Shown piece after piece: positions 27,014 to 35,753 of a stretch of 64,000 nt of DNA (positions are counted from its first letter, which is position 1; each line of letters starts with the position of its first letter). Made by a program: the position numbers and the translations under genes. Origin of the DNA: Candidatus Lloydbacteria bacterium RIFCSPHIGHO2_02_FULL_50_18 (GTDB lineage: Bacteria; Patescibacteriota; Minisyncoccia; Phycocordibacterales; UBA6899); contig MHLM01000006.1 of the NCBI GenBank assembly GCA_001821395.1, positions 1-64,000 on the forward strand, written 5' to 3'. A model generated the notes under the pieces. The model saw nothing but the letters and a program-made list of their open reading frames with translations. It made no database searches and had not been told where the DNA came from.

Positions 27014-29005
27014 TTATGAGGATTTCCGCACGCGCATATACCACTCACAAAGCAAACGCACCTGTTTCGGTGTGTAGCCTTTTCCGACCATCCGCGTCAC
27101 GAAATTCTCGTGCTTTTCCGCATCATTGGCACTTGCCTTGGGATTGAACGAAATGACCGGAAGCAGCTCTTCAGTATTCGAGAACATCTTCTTCTCGATC
27201 ACCGTCCGCAGCTTCTCGTAGCTCGTCCACACGGGATTCTTCCCTCCATTACTGGCTCGCGCACGAAGCACGAAATTCACGATCTCATTCCGGAAATCCT
27301 TCGGATTGGAAATCCCCGCAGGTTTCTCGATCTTCTCGAGGTCGCTGTTGAGCGCGGCACGATTAAAGGTTTCCCCCGTATCGACGTCGCGATATTCCGT
27401 ATCTTGGATCCAATAGTCGGCATAGTTCACGTAACGGTCAAAAATATTCTGACCATACTCGCTGTAACTCTCAAGATACGCCGTCTGAATTTCCTTCCCG
27501 ATGAACTCCGCATACTTGGTCGCCAATTGCTCTTTGATGAACGCATGGTATTTGTCGGACTGCTCCTTCGGAAGCTGTTCACGATCGATCTGCTGTTCCA
27601 ATACATACATGAGATGCACCGGATTTGCCGCGATTTCAGACGAGTCGAAGTTGAACACTTTCGACAGGATCTTGAACGCAAAACGCGTCGAGATACCCGT
27701 CATGCCTTCGTCGACTCCGGCGTAGTCACGATACTCCCCGTAGCTCTTCGCCTTCGGGTCAGTGTCTTTCAGGCTTTCACCGTCATACACCAACATCTTG
27801 GAAAAGAGATTCGAGTTTTCCGGATCTTTGAGCCGCGTGAGCGTAGCGAACTGCGCCATCATCTTGAACGTCCCCGGAGCACATTTGGCTTCCGAGAGCG
27901 ATGAGTTGCGAATCAATTTCTCGTAGATCTTGATCTCTTCGCTGACGCGGAGACAGTAGGGAACCTTCACGATATAGATACGGTCAAGGAACGCTTCATT
28001 GTTCTTATTGCCGCGGAATGTCTTCCATTCGCTTTCGTTCGAGTGAGCGAGCACGATACCGTCGAACGGGATCGCACCGAAACCCTCAGTACCCTTGTAA
28101 TTGCCTTCCTGCGTTGCCGTAAGAAGCGGATGGAGCACCTTAATGGGCGCCTTGAACATCTCGACGAATTCGAGCAGGCCCTGATTGGCCAAACACAGAC
28201 CTCCCGAGAAGCTATATGCATCAGGGTCGTCCTGCGAAAGATGCTCGATTTTTCGAATATCGGTCTTCCCAACCAAGGACGAAATGTCCTGATTGTTTTC
28301 ATCACCCGGCTCTGTCTTTGCGATAGCGATCTGCCGCAAAATGTTCGGGTAACGTTTCACGACCCTGAATTTGCTGATATCACCGTCGAATTCTTCGGAG
28401 GCGAGGCGTTTGACCGCCCATGGTGACAACACACGATTCAAATACCGTCGTGGAATGTTATATTCCTTTTCAAGCATCTCCGCGTCTTCGAGTGCATCGA
28501 ACAATCCGAGCGGTGATTCGTTCACCGGTGAACCTTCGATAGCGAAGAAGGGTACGTCCTGCATGAGCAGTTTCAGCCGTTCCGCGATAGACGATTTGCC
28601 GCCGCCAACGGGGCCAAGCAAATAGAGGATCTGTTTCTTTTCTTCCAGCCCCTGGGCAGAATGACGGAAGTAGGCGACCACTTGTTCAATGGCATCTTCC
28701 ATACCGTAAAATTCTTCAAAGGCCGGATAGACCTTGATGGTCTTATTCGCAAACAGCCGAGACAAGCGCGGATTAGTCCGCGTGTCGATCATCTGAGGTT
28801 CGCCGATCGCCTTCAGCATCCGCTCGGAAGCGGTTGCATAGGCCATTGGATTCCGTTTGCATTCTTCAAGGTACTCCTCAAGCGACATCGATTCTGAACG
28901 CAAGCGTTCATGACGTTTTGTTGCCTGAAGAGAAAAATGACTATTTCCCATGACTATCTCCTTATTTACCGGTGAATGATAAGCGAAGTGTGGTTGCGCA
29001 CCCAC
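27014..29005 (-). CDS. prkA: PrkA/YeaG serine protein kinase (AAA-type)
   Basis: 663 aa; Walker A LLGPVGGGKSS; family length. Confidence 0.85.
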   Translation of the reverse strand: MGAQPHFAYHSPVNKEIVMGNSHFSLQATKRHERLRSESMSLEEYLEECKRNPMAYATASERMLKAIGEPQMIDTRTNPRLSRLFANKTIKVYPAFEEFYGMEDAIEQVVAYFRHSAQGLEEKKQILYLLGPVGGGKSSIAERLKLLMQDVPFFAIEGSPVNESPLGLFDALEDAEMLEKEYNIPRRYLNRVLSPWAVKRLASEEFDGDISKFRVVKRYPNILRQIAIAKTEPGDENNQDISSLVGKTDIRKIEHLSQDDPDAYSFSGGLCLANQGLLEFVEMFKAPIKVLHPLLTATQEGNYKGTEGFGAIPFDGIVLAHSNESEWKTFRGNKNNEAFLDRIYIVKVPYCLRVSEEIKIYEKLIRNSSLSEAKCAPGTFKMMAQFATLTRLKDPENSNLFSKMLVYDGESLKDTDPKAKSYGEYRDYAGVDEGMTGISTRFAFKILSKVFNFDSSEIAANPVHLMYVLEQQIDREQLPKEQSDKYHAFIKEQLATKYAEFIGKEIQTAYLESYSEYGQNIFDRYVNYADYWIQDTEYRDVDTGETFNRAALNSDLEKIEKPAGISNPKDFRNEIVNFVLRARASNGGKNPVWTSYEKLRTVIEKKMFSNTEELLPVISFNPKASANDAEKHENFVTRMVGKGYTPKQVRLLCEWYMRVRKSS

Positions 29006-29321
29006 ATGATTCCTCGCCGCAGAATGTCAAAGAACGATATTGTTCTTACCCTTTTTCAGACTAACATCGTACTCAACGTCGTAAAGATTGATATATTGTC
29101 AAATATGTTGCGCAACTGAAGCATGGGTGAACAGCGAGGACAACAGCGACTCTTCCGTGGGTAAAGCTTGGATTTCTCTCGACCTGTCTGCTAGACTAGC
29201 CAGATCAAGCACTGAGCGGAAGTACCCCTTGAGATAACTTGGCATTCGTCCTTGTGAATGAGAAAATATCCAAAAGATGTGCGGCTCCATGGGAGTTTCG
29301 AGAGAGTTTTGTGCATTGTGT

Positions 29322-29403
29322 GGGCGTGTGGCGGAATTGGTATACGCGTACGTCTCAGAAGCGTATCCCGTAAGGGTTGGGAGTTCGAGTCTCCCCACGC
29401 CCA
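29322..29403 (+). tRNA. tRNA-Leu (CAG), type II
   Basis: Acceptor GGGCGTG/CACGCCC, anticodon loop CTCAGAA, long variable arm, T-loop GGGAGTTCGAGTCTCCC. Confidence 0.85.
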
Positions 29404-29709
29404 CAGAGTGCAAAAAGAGTCTCCCCAAGTTCACAAATACTCAGTCAGCCAAAGCGGGCGATTTTTGTTTGTAGCGAAACGTCCACTCACGCAAGCCAAG
29501 CAATTAAATAGGGAGGATGCTTGGTCACAGATAATTTTCTCGTCGTCATTCGAAAATTTCTGCGACCCCGACTCGCTGCGGTTTCTGCTGAAACCGCATT
29601 CGCTCCGTCTTTCAAATCCCCTTAAAAAAAGAAGATTTGAATCTTACAGATTCGGTACACCTTTCACCACGAAGAGTACTTCATTTTTCTAAGGCGGAGT
29701 ACCGCTAAG

Positions 29710-29806
29710 AAAAATTGGTCGGTGATTTATTCAGCATAAGAATGCTTCATAAATATCACAAAGCTTTTCAAATCCTCTCTCGCGACTGAAGCAGCGACCA
29801 ATTTTT
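29710..29806. repeat. Conserved hairpin motif, copy B (core 29727..29756) inside an outer 12-bp inverted repeat AAAAATTGGTCG/CGACCAATTTTT, with an inverted 16-nt tRNA-Leu 3' fragment at 29767..29782
   Basis: Core 30/32 identical to 380..411; inner stem GTGAT/ATCAC covaries with copy A's CTTTGCG/CGCAAAG. Confidence 0.6.
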
Positions 29807-29861
29807 CTTCATGGTATTCCATGTTAGAAAAATGAAGTACCCTTGTGGTGTTCAGTCGCTT

Positions 29862-29914
29862 CGGGCACAAATACAAAAAAGTCGCACTGTGCGACTTTTT
29901 TGTATTTGTGCCCG
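29862..29914. repeat. Perfect palindrome with 26-bp arms abutting and overlapping the last 6 nt of tRNA-Leu(GAG)
   Basis: cgggcacaaatacaaaaaagtcgcac t gtgcgacttttttgtatttgtgcccg. Confidence 0.8.
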
Positions 29915-29992
29915 AGAGAGGATTTGAACCTCCATGCCCTTACGAGCGCTACCACCTCAAGGTAGTGCGTCTACCAATTTCGCCACCCGGGC
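29909..29992 (-). tRNA. tRNA-Leu (GAG), type II
   Basis: Acceptor GCCCGGG/CTCGGGC, anticodon loop TTGAGGT, long variable arm, T-loop GGTTCAAATCC. Confidence 0.85.
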
Positions 29993-30090
29993 TTGGGATT
30001 TAACTACTATACGCAAAACATCCGATATTTTCAAGCTCAAAGAAAAAAACGAGGTGCCCTCAGTAAAACTTGGTCACCCCGCTCTCGTTC

Positions 30091-30543
30091 TTATTCAGCA
30101 ACGGCTTCGTTGGACTCTGCTTCCACGGGAACCTGGGTTGCCTCAAAATCCTTCGTTGATCCGCCTCCCATGCGGGTCTGTTTTAATTTGCGGCGGACAT
30201 CTCGGACAGCCTTGTCACGCACATAGTAGAGTTTCGAACGACGGACGACGGAACGTTTTACGAGTTCGATCTTATCGATCATCGGTGAGTAGAGCGGGAA
30301 GATACGCTCAACACCAACATTACTTGCGACCTTGCGCACGGTGAATGTCGCCCCAGTCTCCTTTCCATGCTTTCGTGCGAGCACCATTCCCTCGAATGCT
30401 TGCAAGCGATACTTTTTCTTTTCCGCATCCTCAAGCACCTTTACCCAAACGCGAACGGTGTCACCGGTGCGAAACTCAAGCTTGCGGCGTGACTCCACGT
30501 CAACAGGAGAGAGCGTAAACTTCGTGTGCAATGTGGAATTCAT
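30091..30543 (-). CDS. rplS: Ribosomal protein L19 with a basic C-terminal extension
   Basis: FRTGDTVRVWVKV..EGMVLARKHGKE..GVERIFPLYSP L19 core. Confidence 0.85.
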   Translation of the reverse strand: MNSTLHTKFTLSPVDVESRRKLEFRTGDTVRVWVKVLEDAEKKKYRLQAFEGMVLARKHGKETGATFTVRKVASNVGVERIFPLYSPMIDKIELVKRSVVRRSKLYYVRDKAVRDVRRKLKQTRMGGGSTKDFEATQVPVEAESNEAVAE

Positions 30544-30669
30544 AAGTTGATATTAATGATAGTATTCGCGTGTCACTTATGCAGAGGGGGGCTTTTATGC
30601 CGACCAACCTGCTCCACGTATGCGAATGTAGTCGCCAATCTAGCACGACCACCCCCATCGTGCAACTGT

Positions 30670-30732
30670 CCTATATTTTGCTTCATATTTTCTCACTTTT
30701 TTGTCAAGGTTTAACCTTGACATTTTGCTAAG
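30670..30732 (+). repeat. REP-like element copy 1 (extended 5' part plus palindrome TGTCAAGGTTTAACCTTGACA)
   Basis: Roughly 55 bp similar to 50601..50653 and, inverted, to 31463..31520. Confidence 0.75.
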
Positions 30733-30737
30733 TTTCG

Positions 30738-31424
30738 ATGAGAATGTGCGCTATGGCAAGATCAATTACGTTCGCCCCCGGTGAGTATTACCATATCTAT
30801 AATCGTGGCACCGACAAACGCCTCATCTTCCTTGACCAAGCAGACCATGAGCGCTTCATCTCTCTCCTCTACCTCTGCAACAGCGGCATCCCCATTCATC
30901 GGAGTGATCACCGCGTCACTTCTCTCGATGATATTTTTCTTATTCCGAAGGAGACATCACTGGTAAACATCGGTGCATACTGCCTCATGCCAAATCACTT
31001 TCATTTATTGTTGAACGAACAATCAGAAGGCGGCATCAGTCTCTTCATGCAAAAGCTCATGACCGCGTATACGATGTACTTCAACAAAAGGCATCTCCGC
31101 AAAGGAACGCTTTTTGAAGGCAGTTTTCAGGCGACACACGCGCAGAAAGATGAATACCTGAAGTATCTTTTCGCGTATATCCACTTGAATCCGATCGGCA
31201 TCAACGCCGAAGGATGGAAAGAGCACCACATTAAGGACACCAAGGCGGCAGAACTCTTCATTCAAACATACCCGTATTCAAGCCACCTTGATTATGCAAA
31301 GTTAGGATCCCCGCGCAGACAAGGAGTAATCCTCAACAAGCTCGCATTTCCCGAATACTTCGAAAAGCAACGGGATTTCAATGAATACATTAAAGACTGG
31401 ATGAGTGGGGACAAAGAGCCATAG
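30738..31424 (+). CDS. IS200/Y1-type HUH transposase, RAYT-like (REP-associated tyrosine transposase)
   Basis: YHIYNRG..CLMPNHFHLLL HUH motif; flanked by inverted REP palindromes. Confidence 0.8.
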   Translation: MRMCAMARSITFAPGEYYHIYNRGTDKRLIFLDQADHERFISLLYLCNSGIPIHRSDHRVTSLDDIFLIPKETSLVNIGAYCLMPNHFHLLLNEQSEGGISLFMQKLMTAYTMYFNKRHLRKGTLFEGSFQATHAQKDEYLKYLFAYIHLNPIGINAEGWKEHHIKDTKAAELFIQTYPYSSHLDYAKLGSPRRQGVILNKLAFPEYFEKQRDFNEYIKDWMSGDKEP

Positions 31425-31462
31425 TTTGAGACTACCCCCAGTCGCCCTCCGCCGTCCACGCA

Positions 31463-31520
31463 TGTCAAGGTTAAACCTTGACAAAAAAGGTCAAAAAAAT
31501 GGCTTAAAATATGAGATAGG
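31463..31520 (-). repeat. REP-like element copy 2 (inverted relative to copy 1)
   Basis: TGTCAAGGTTAAACCTTGACA plus an extended arm whose reverse complement matches copy 1. Confidence 0.75.
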
Positions 31521-31551
31521 CTGTCGCTGGATTATGAAGATGGTGTGCGCC

Positions 31552-32292
31552 CTACCCTAATGAAACTCCAAAAAGTGGGGCTGCGCTTTCAAAATCGGTG
31601 GGGTACGGTGCCGTGACCTCCATCTTTTTTCCTGCATAAAGAAACGCAATCCTCCGTGCATGTAGCGCCAAGCGCTTGAACCCGCACGCAGACGCTTTTG
31701 TTCCTCCATACCGAGTATCCGCAGCGATCGAATGTCCGAGTGCACTCAAATGCACGCGCAACTGGTGTGTGCGACCGGTTTTTGGACTTAACTCAAGAAA
31801 GGAATACTTATCATATTCTCCAAGCACAGCGTAGTCGGTAATGGCTGACCGAAGTGTCCCTCGTGCATGCGGCGCAATTGCCCACTGTCGAAAGTCCGCA
31901 CGGTTACGCCCAATGGGCATATCGATCCTTCCGTGGTCATTTTCGAGAGATCCGCGCACGACCGCATGGTACGTCTTCTCGATCTTTCTTTCGAGAAATT
32001 GTCGCTGCAGGTCGAGGAATGTTTGCGCATCTTTTGCAATGAGTAGCACTCCCGATGTGTCACGATCAAGGCGATGCACGATACCCCACCGCTCGACATA
32101 TCGCCCCGAGTCGAGCGTATGTAGCCCACCGATATCTTTCAGTTCAGGATATTTTTCTTTCACCCAGTCGCTGAGCGTAGCCTCCGTAGTGCGCCCATCT
32201 GAATGCACAACGAGACCAGCCGGCTTGTTTATCACGAGCAGGTGCTGATCTTCATAAAGGATCGTTGGGGTGATTTGACTCACAATACTCAA
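31552..32292 (-). CDS. RluA-family pseudouridine synthase
   Basis: HRLDRDTSGVLL catalytic motif. Confidence 0.8.
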   Translation of the reverse strand: MSIVSQITPTILYEDQHLLVINKPAGLVVHSDGRTTEATLSDWVKEKYPELKDIGGLHTLDSGRYVERWGIVHRLDRDTSGVLLIAKDAQTFLDLQRQFLERKIEKTYHAVVRGSLENDHGRIDMPIGRNRADFRQWAIAPHARGTLRSAITDYAVLGEYDKYSFLELSPKTGRTHQLRVHLSALGHSIAADTRYGGTKASACGFKRLALHARRIAFLYAGKKMEVTAPYPTDFESAAPLFGVSLG

Positions 32293-32316
32293 TAGGTTAG
32301 CGTACTTACAGACAGT

Positions 32317-32691
32317 TTGAAAGGACGCGTCATGAAGAAAAGTTCCCCATCTGACTCGGTCAACAAAAAATCAGCGCCGGTTGACGCAAAAACTCGACGG
32401 CAAGCAAGGAGGTGGCTCGAAAAGATCTGGCCATCACTCATCAAGCCCAAGCGACTGCGCAATGTCGTGCGCCGTGCAGTACGTAAAACAAAATCGAAAG
32501 AGTTTGCCGACAAACTCGATGCGGTATTGCTGTTCATGGCCACTGTCCACGACCTCACACAGCAAGAGAATGCGATGAATCCAAGTCCGGCGTTGCTCAA
32601 ATTGCAGCGCAGCGGAACGGTCACACGAGAGATCAAGGAAGAATTCCAGAAACTCTTGGCAGCCTGGAAGGAATTAATTGCCATAGTTTAA
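32317..32691 (+). CDS. Hypothetical basic protein
   Basis: 124-aa ORF. Confidence 0.4.
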   Translation: MKGRVMKKSSPSDSVNKKSAPVDAKTRRQARRWLEKIWPSLIKPKRLRNVVRRAVRKTKSKEFADKLDAVLLFMATVHDLTQQENAMNPSPALLKLQRSGTVTREIKEEFQKLLAAWKELIAIV

Positions 32692-32854
32692 CATTTAACA
32701 CAGCATTGGCTGTGTTTTTTATTTATATTTTCACCGAAAATTGGTGGCCACTATCAGGGAAAGAAAGTTCTTCGAACAAGAGAGAATATCCTCTCGTACG
32801 GCTCTAGGTGAAACGTTACACACGATACAGAAACTGCCAAACTCACGTGCGTTC

Positions 32855-33595
32855 CTATTTTCCCAACCTACGTTCCCGCTCACTGTAATTTTTAAGAATC
32901 GAAAGAAACTCTTCTTTGGAAAAATCCGGCCAGAGGGTCTTGGTAAATACTAGCTCGCTATACACGCTCTGCCACGGAAGAAAATTCGACAACCGCTCCT
33001 CGCCGCTCGTGCGAATGATCAGGTCGGGGTCACACATCTCTTTTGTCCAAAGCAATTGTGCAAATTCATCTTCGGAGATCGTTTCAAGTTTTTCTTTAGG
33101 AATACGGTGGATCGCATCAATGATCTCCGTGCGGCCCCCATACGAAAGCGCGATACCAAATGTGAGTGACACGTACATTCGCGTCTCTTGTTCTGCACGT
33201 TCGATCGCCTGCAGAATATCTTCGGCAAATCGTGTCCGCTCACCCAAAAAGATCAATCGTGTTTGTTTTTCTTTGGCTTCTTTTGTCATCGTCGCGATCA
33301 TTTCACGAAATAGATTCATCAGATAACCGACTTCTTCTGTCGTCCTATTCCAATTTTCTGTCGAGAATGCATAAACGATGATCTCATTTATTCCCGCTTC
33401 CTTTGTCCAAGAAAGGACGTCACGCAATTTATGATAACCCATGCGATGGCCTTCGAGGGTCGGTAGGCCTTTTGCTTTTGCATAGCGGCGATTGCCATCC
33501 ATGATTATCGCAATAGATTGAGGAACGAGATTATTTTTCTGCCGTAATAATTCCATATGATAATATTTTTTTTCTATATAAATACCCTTGAGCAA
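32855..33595 (-). CDS. uppS: Undecaprenyl diphosphate synthase
   Basis: HIAIIMDGNRRYA signature. Confidence 0.9.
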   Translation of the reverse strand: MLKGIYIEKKYYHMELLRQKNNLVPQSIAIIMDGNRRYAKAKGLPTLEGHRMGYHKLRDVLSWTKEAGINEIIVYAFSTENWNRTTEEVGYLMNLFREMIATMTKEAKEKQTRLIFLGERTRFAEDILQAIERAEQETRMYVSLTFGIALSYGGRTEIIDAIHRIPKEKLETISEDEFAQLLWTKEMCDPDLIIRTSGEERLSNFLPWQSVYSELVFTKTLWPDFSKEEFLSILKNYSERERRLGK

Positions 33596-34631
33596 TCATG
33601 GCAAGTGAATTTTTCCAAAATATGTCAGATAATATATTTATCAGTCGCAAGGGGAAAAAAGCAATTAAATTCGACACTCCAGATAGAACACGCCCAAGTA
33701 CGCAACCACTAATTGCATCGGAGTAATCATGATACACGACATTACGAAATCCCGCCTTCTTAAAATACTGGATCGCTTCAACTTTTGTTGACACAGATGG
33801 CGCAAGAAAACCGTCACAAAAATTAGTATATGCAGATAATTCTGTTGGTGCAGAAGGTTGCTTGAGAAGAAAAAGATCGGCAACAATAATTCGACCATTA
33901 GGCTCCAACACGCGGTATGCTTCGTTCACAAATCGAGCCTTTTCATGAACATGACAAATACTTTCGAGTGCCCACACAAGAGAAAAATACCCAGAAGTAA
34001 AATGCATATTCAACATATTTTCTTCGAAGACATTAATGCGCTTTGTATATTTCTTCCGTTTGATAAGTTTTTTGACCACAGAGACCTCACGTGCACCGAT
34101 TGTCACCGCATCAATGGTGCATAAATAGTGACGAGCAAGCCAAAACAAACTCCCACCCTGCCCACAACCAGCATCAAGAATATGATCTGAATCAGCGACA
34201 TGAGCAAGATGTGCAAGTTCTCTGTTTATATCAAGAGGCCATCGCATCTGATAATGAATATTGGGCGAATAAAGTCGAGAAAATCTCATAAATGCAGAGG
34301 CGGCAAAATTGTAAAAAGCAGGAACGGCATCTTCTCTTTCTTTTTCTTTATTTTTTTCATAGATGATCCGGAAATCACGATACAATCCGCTCGATTCCAC
34401 ATAATGGACATGCACATCTTCCACGGCAGAGAGTAGAGATCCTCGCTTTAATAGATCGATAAGCCTACAAAGTTGTGACTCATCACCTTCCGCAATGACG
34501 CGGACAGTACCATCCGTTTCGTTCCACACTTCCCCGACGACCCCGAGTTTTTTCGCATTCCGTGATACAAAATCACGAAACATCACCATCTGGACGCGCC
34601 CAAAAATCGTGCATTCAACGCGTTTTTTCAT
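33531..34631 (-). CDS. Acylphosphatase-like domain fused to a class I SAM-dependent methyltransferase
   Basis: N-terminal IFGRVQMVMFRDF (acylphosphatase signature-like); central ILDAGCGQGGS (SAM motif I). Confidence 0.6.
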   Translation of the reverse strand: MKKRVECTIFGRVQMVMFRDFVSRNAKKLGVVGEVWNETDGTVRVIAEGDESQLCRLIDLLKRGSLLSAVEDVHVHYVESSGLYRDFRIIYEKNKEKEREDAVPAFYNFAASAFMRFSRLYSPNIHYQMRWPLDINRELAHLAHVADSDHILDAGCGQGGSLFWLARHYLCTIDAVTIGAREVSVVKKLIKRKKYTKRINVFEENMLNMHFTSGYFSLVWALESICHVHEKARFVNEAYRVLEPNGRIIVADLFLLKQPSAPTELSAYTNFCDGFLAPSVSTKVEAIQYFKKAGFRNVVYHDYSDAISGCVLGRVLSGVSNLIAFFPLRLINILSDIFWKNSLAMIAQGYLYRKKILSYGIITAEK

Positions 34632-34666
34632 ACAGCAATAGTAACTCTCGATAAAATAAAACCATG

Positions 34667-34696
34667 CTTGACATAATCACAAAAAAGATATATACT
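34667..34696 (+). promoter_or_regulatory. Sigma70-like promoter (TTGACA, 18-bp spacer, TATACT)
   Basis: Consensus hexamers upstream of a non-coding 200-nt segment. Confidence 0.5.
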
Positions 34697-34702
34697 GTTA
34701 TT

Positions 34703-34900
34703 AGTTCACTTCCGCAATCTGAAGATGCAATGACTTGTTTCTTCTGACTGCGGCGGAGGAGCGATCCTTACAAGGAAGCCGGTCTATCGTTCGGGGAAGC
34801 TCGAATGGTGTCCACAGCTGTGAGAAGCTGGACCTCGAAGACGGAGGAGCCGTCGCAGCCAACACTAGTCGCCGAGCAATCGGCGACTAATCTTTTTTTC
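34703..34900 (+). ncRNA. Candidate small RNA (about 200 nt) bounded by a promoter and a terminator; possibly SRP/4.5S-like
   Basis: No ORF; contains an AAGGAAGC block resembling the SRP helix-8 consensus; ends with GTCGCCGA-GCAA-TCGGCGAC plus a T-run (34868..34900). Confidence 0.35.
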
Positions 34901-34940
34901 TTTTGAGATTTAGCGTAAGCTATGGACACGGAAGAGATAC

Positions 34941-35012
34941 GTCCTCGTAGTTCAATGGATAGAACGAAAGCCTTCTAAGCTTTAGATCTAGGTTCGATTC
35001 CTAGCGGGGGCA
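34941..35012 (+). tRNA. tRNA-Arg (TCT)
   Basis: Acceptor GTCCTCG/CGGGGGC, anticodon loop CTTCTAA, T-loop TTCGATT. Confidence 0.8.
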
Positions 35013-35081
35013 CAACCGGATTGCAGAGAGCAGTAAAATGTTCTATTGTTCAGAAATCTCAAGTGGGCGCGTATGTCATAT

Positions 35082-35154
35082 GCGCGATTAGCTCAGTTGG
35101 TAGAGCAGCGCTTTTACACAGCGAAGGTCGCAGGTTCGAATCCTGCATCGCGCA
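35082..35154 (+). tRNA. tRNA-Val (TAC)
   Basis: Acceptor GCGCGAT/ATCGCGC, D-arm GCTCAGTTGGTAGAGC, anticodon loop TTTACAC. Confidence 0.85.
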
Positions 35155-35331
35155 CAAGAAAACCACCCTTTGGTGGTTTTTGCGCGATAGGACACAACTG
35201 CTTGTGTCCGTAAGGATTCGAAAGGATATTCATTATCGAGTCTTCGAGATTGAATATCACCTGCGGCGGTAGCCGAGAATCCTCTGCATCGCGCACAGTC
35301 AGCGAGAAACTCCTGCATCGGCCACTGTTCA

Positions 35332-35748
35332 CTAATTCGGTGTCGCCTCAAAAGGGACCGCATCGTTACCCACATTCAACACTTCAACCTGAGCGGAGTC
35401 GACGATCTTTAGATCGATTCCTCTATCCCCACCGAGCGCCGGGGCGGTCGGTTGTGTCACAAGAAGTTCATCATATCGTTTTTGTTTTTCCGTATAAAAA
35501 TCGATGATACGATGGATCTCTTCGCTCGAGACAGTGCCCCTATCGACTTTTTGATCGACTACGGGCTCTTCAAGGGTTGACGCCCACTGGTAGGAATAAG
35601 AGGCGAATATCGCAAGACTGGTGAGCACGAGTAAGGTACTTGCAATAATAATCCTCCAGGAAAGATCGGGGTTCATATTACCGCTCGTCAATGAACGAAA
35701 CGAGGTTAAAAGAGCGGTAAACGTCGGTTTGGGGTTAAATTTTTCCAT
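35332..35748 (-). CDS. Membrane-anchored hypothetical protein in the pilus assembly operon (PilP-like position)
   Basis: 138 aa; N-terminal TM; follows pilO. Confidence 0.4.
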   Translation of the reverse strand: MEKFNPKPTFTALLTSFRSLTSGNMNPDLSWRIIIASTLLVLTSLAIFASYSYQWASTLEEPVVDQKVDRGTVSSEEIHRIIDFYTEKQKRYDELLVTQPTAPALGGDRGIDLKIVDSAQVEVLNVGNDAVPFEATPN

Positions 35749-35753
35749 AATGT

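Noticed and set aside
29099-29692. ORFs 29099..29434(-) and 29258..29692(+) from the six-frame track
   Set aside because: They overlap tRNA-Leu(CAG). The translation GVGRLELPT is a tRNA read-through artefact.
29934-30344. ORF 29934..30344(+), 136 aa
   Set aside because: It starts inside tRNA-Leu(GAG) and runs antisense to rplS, so it is spurious.
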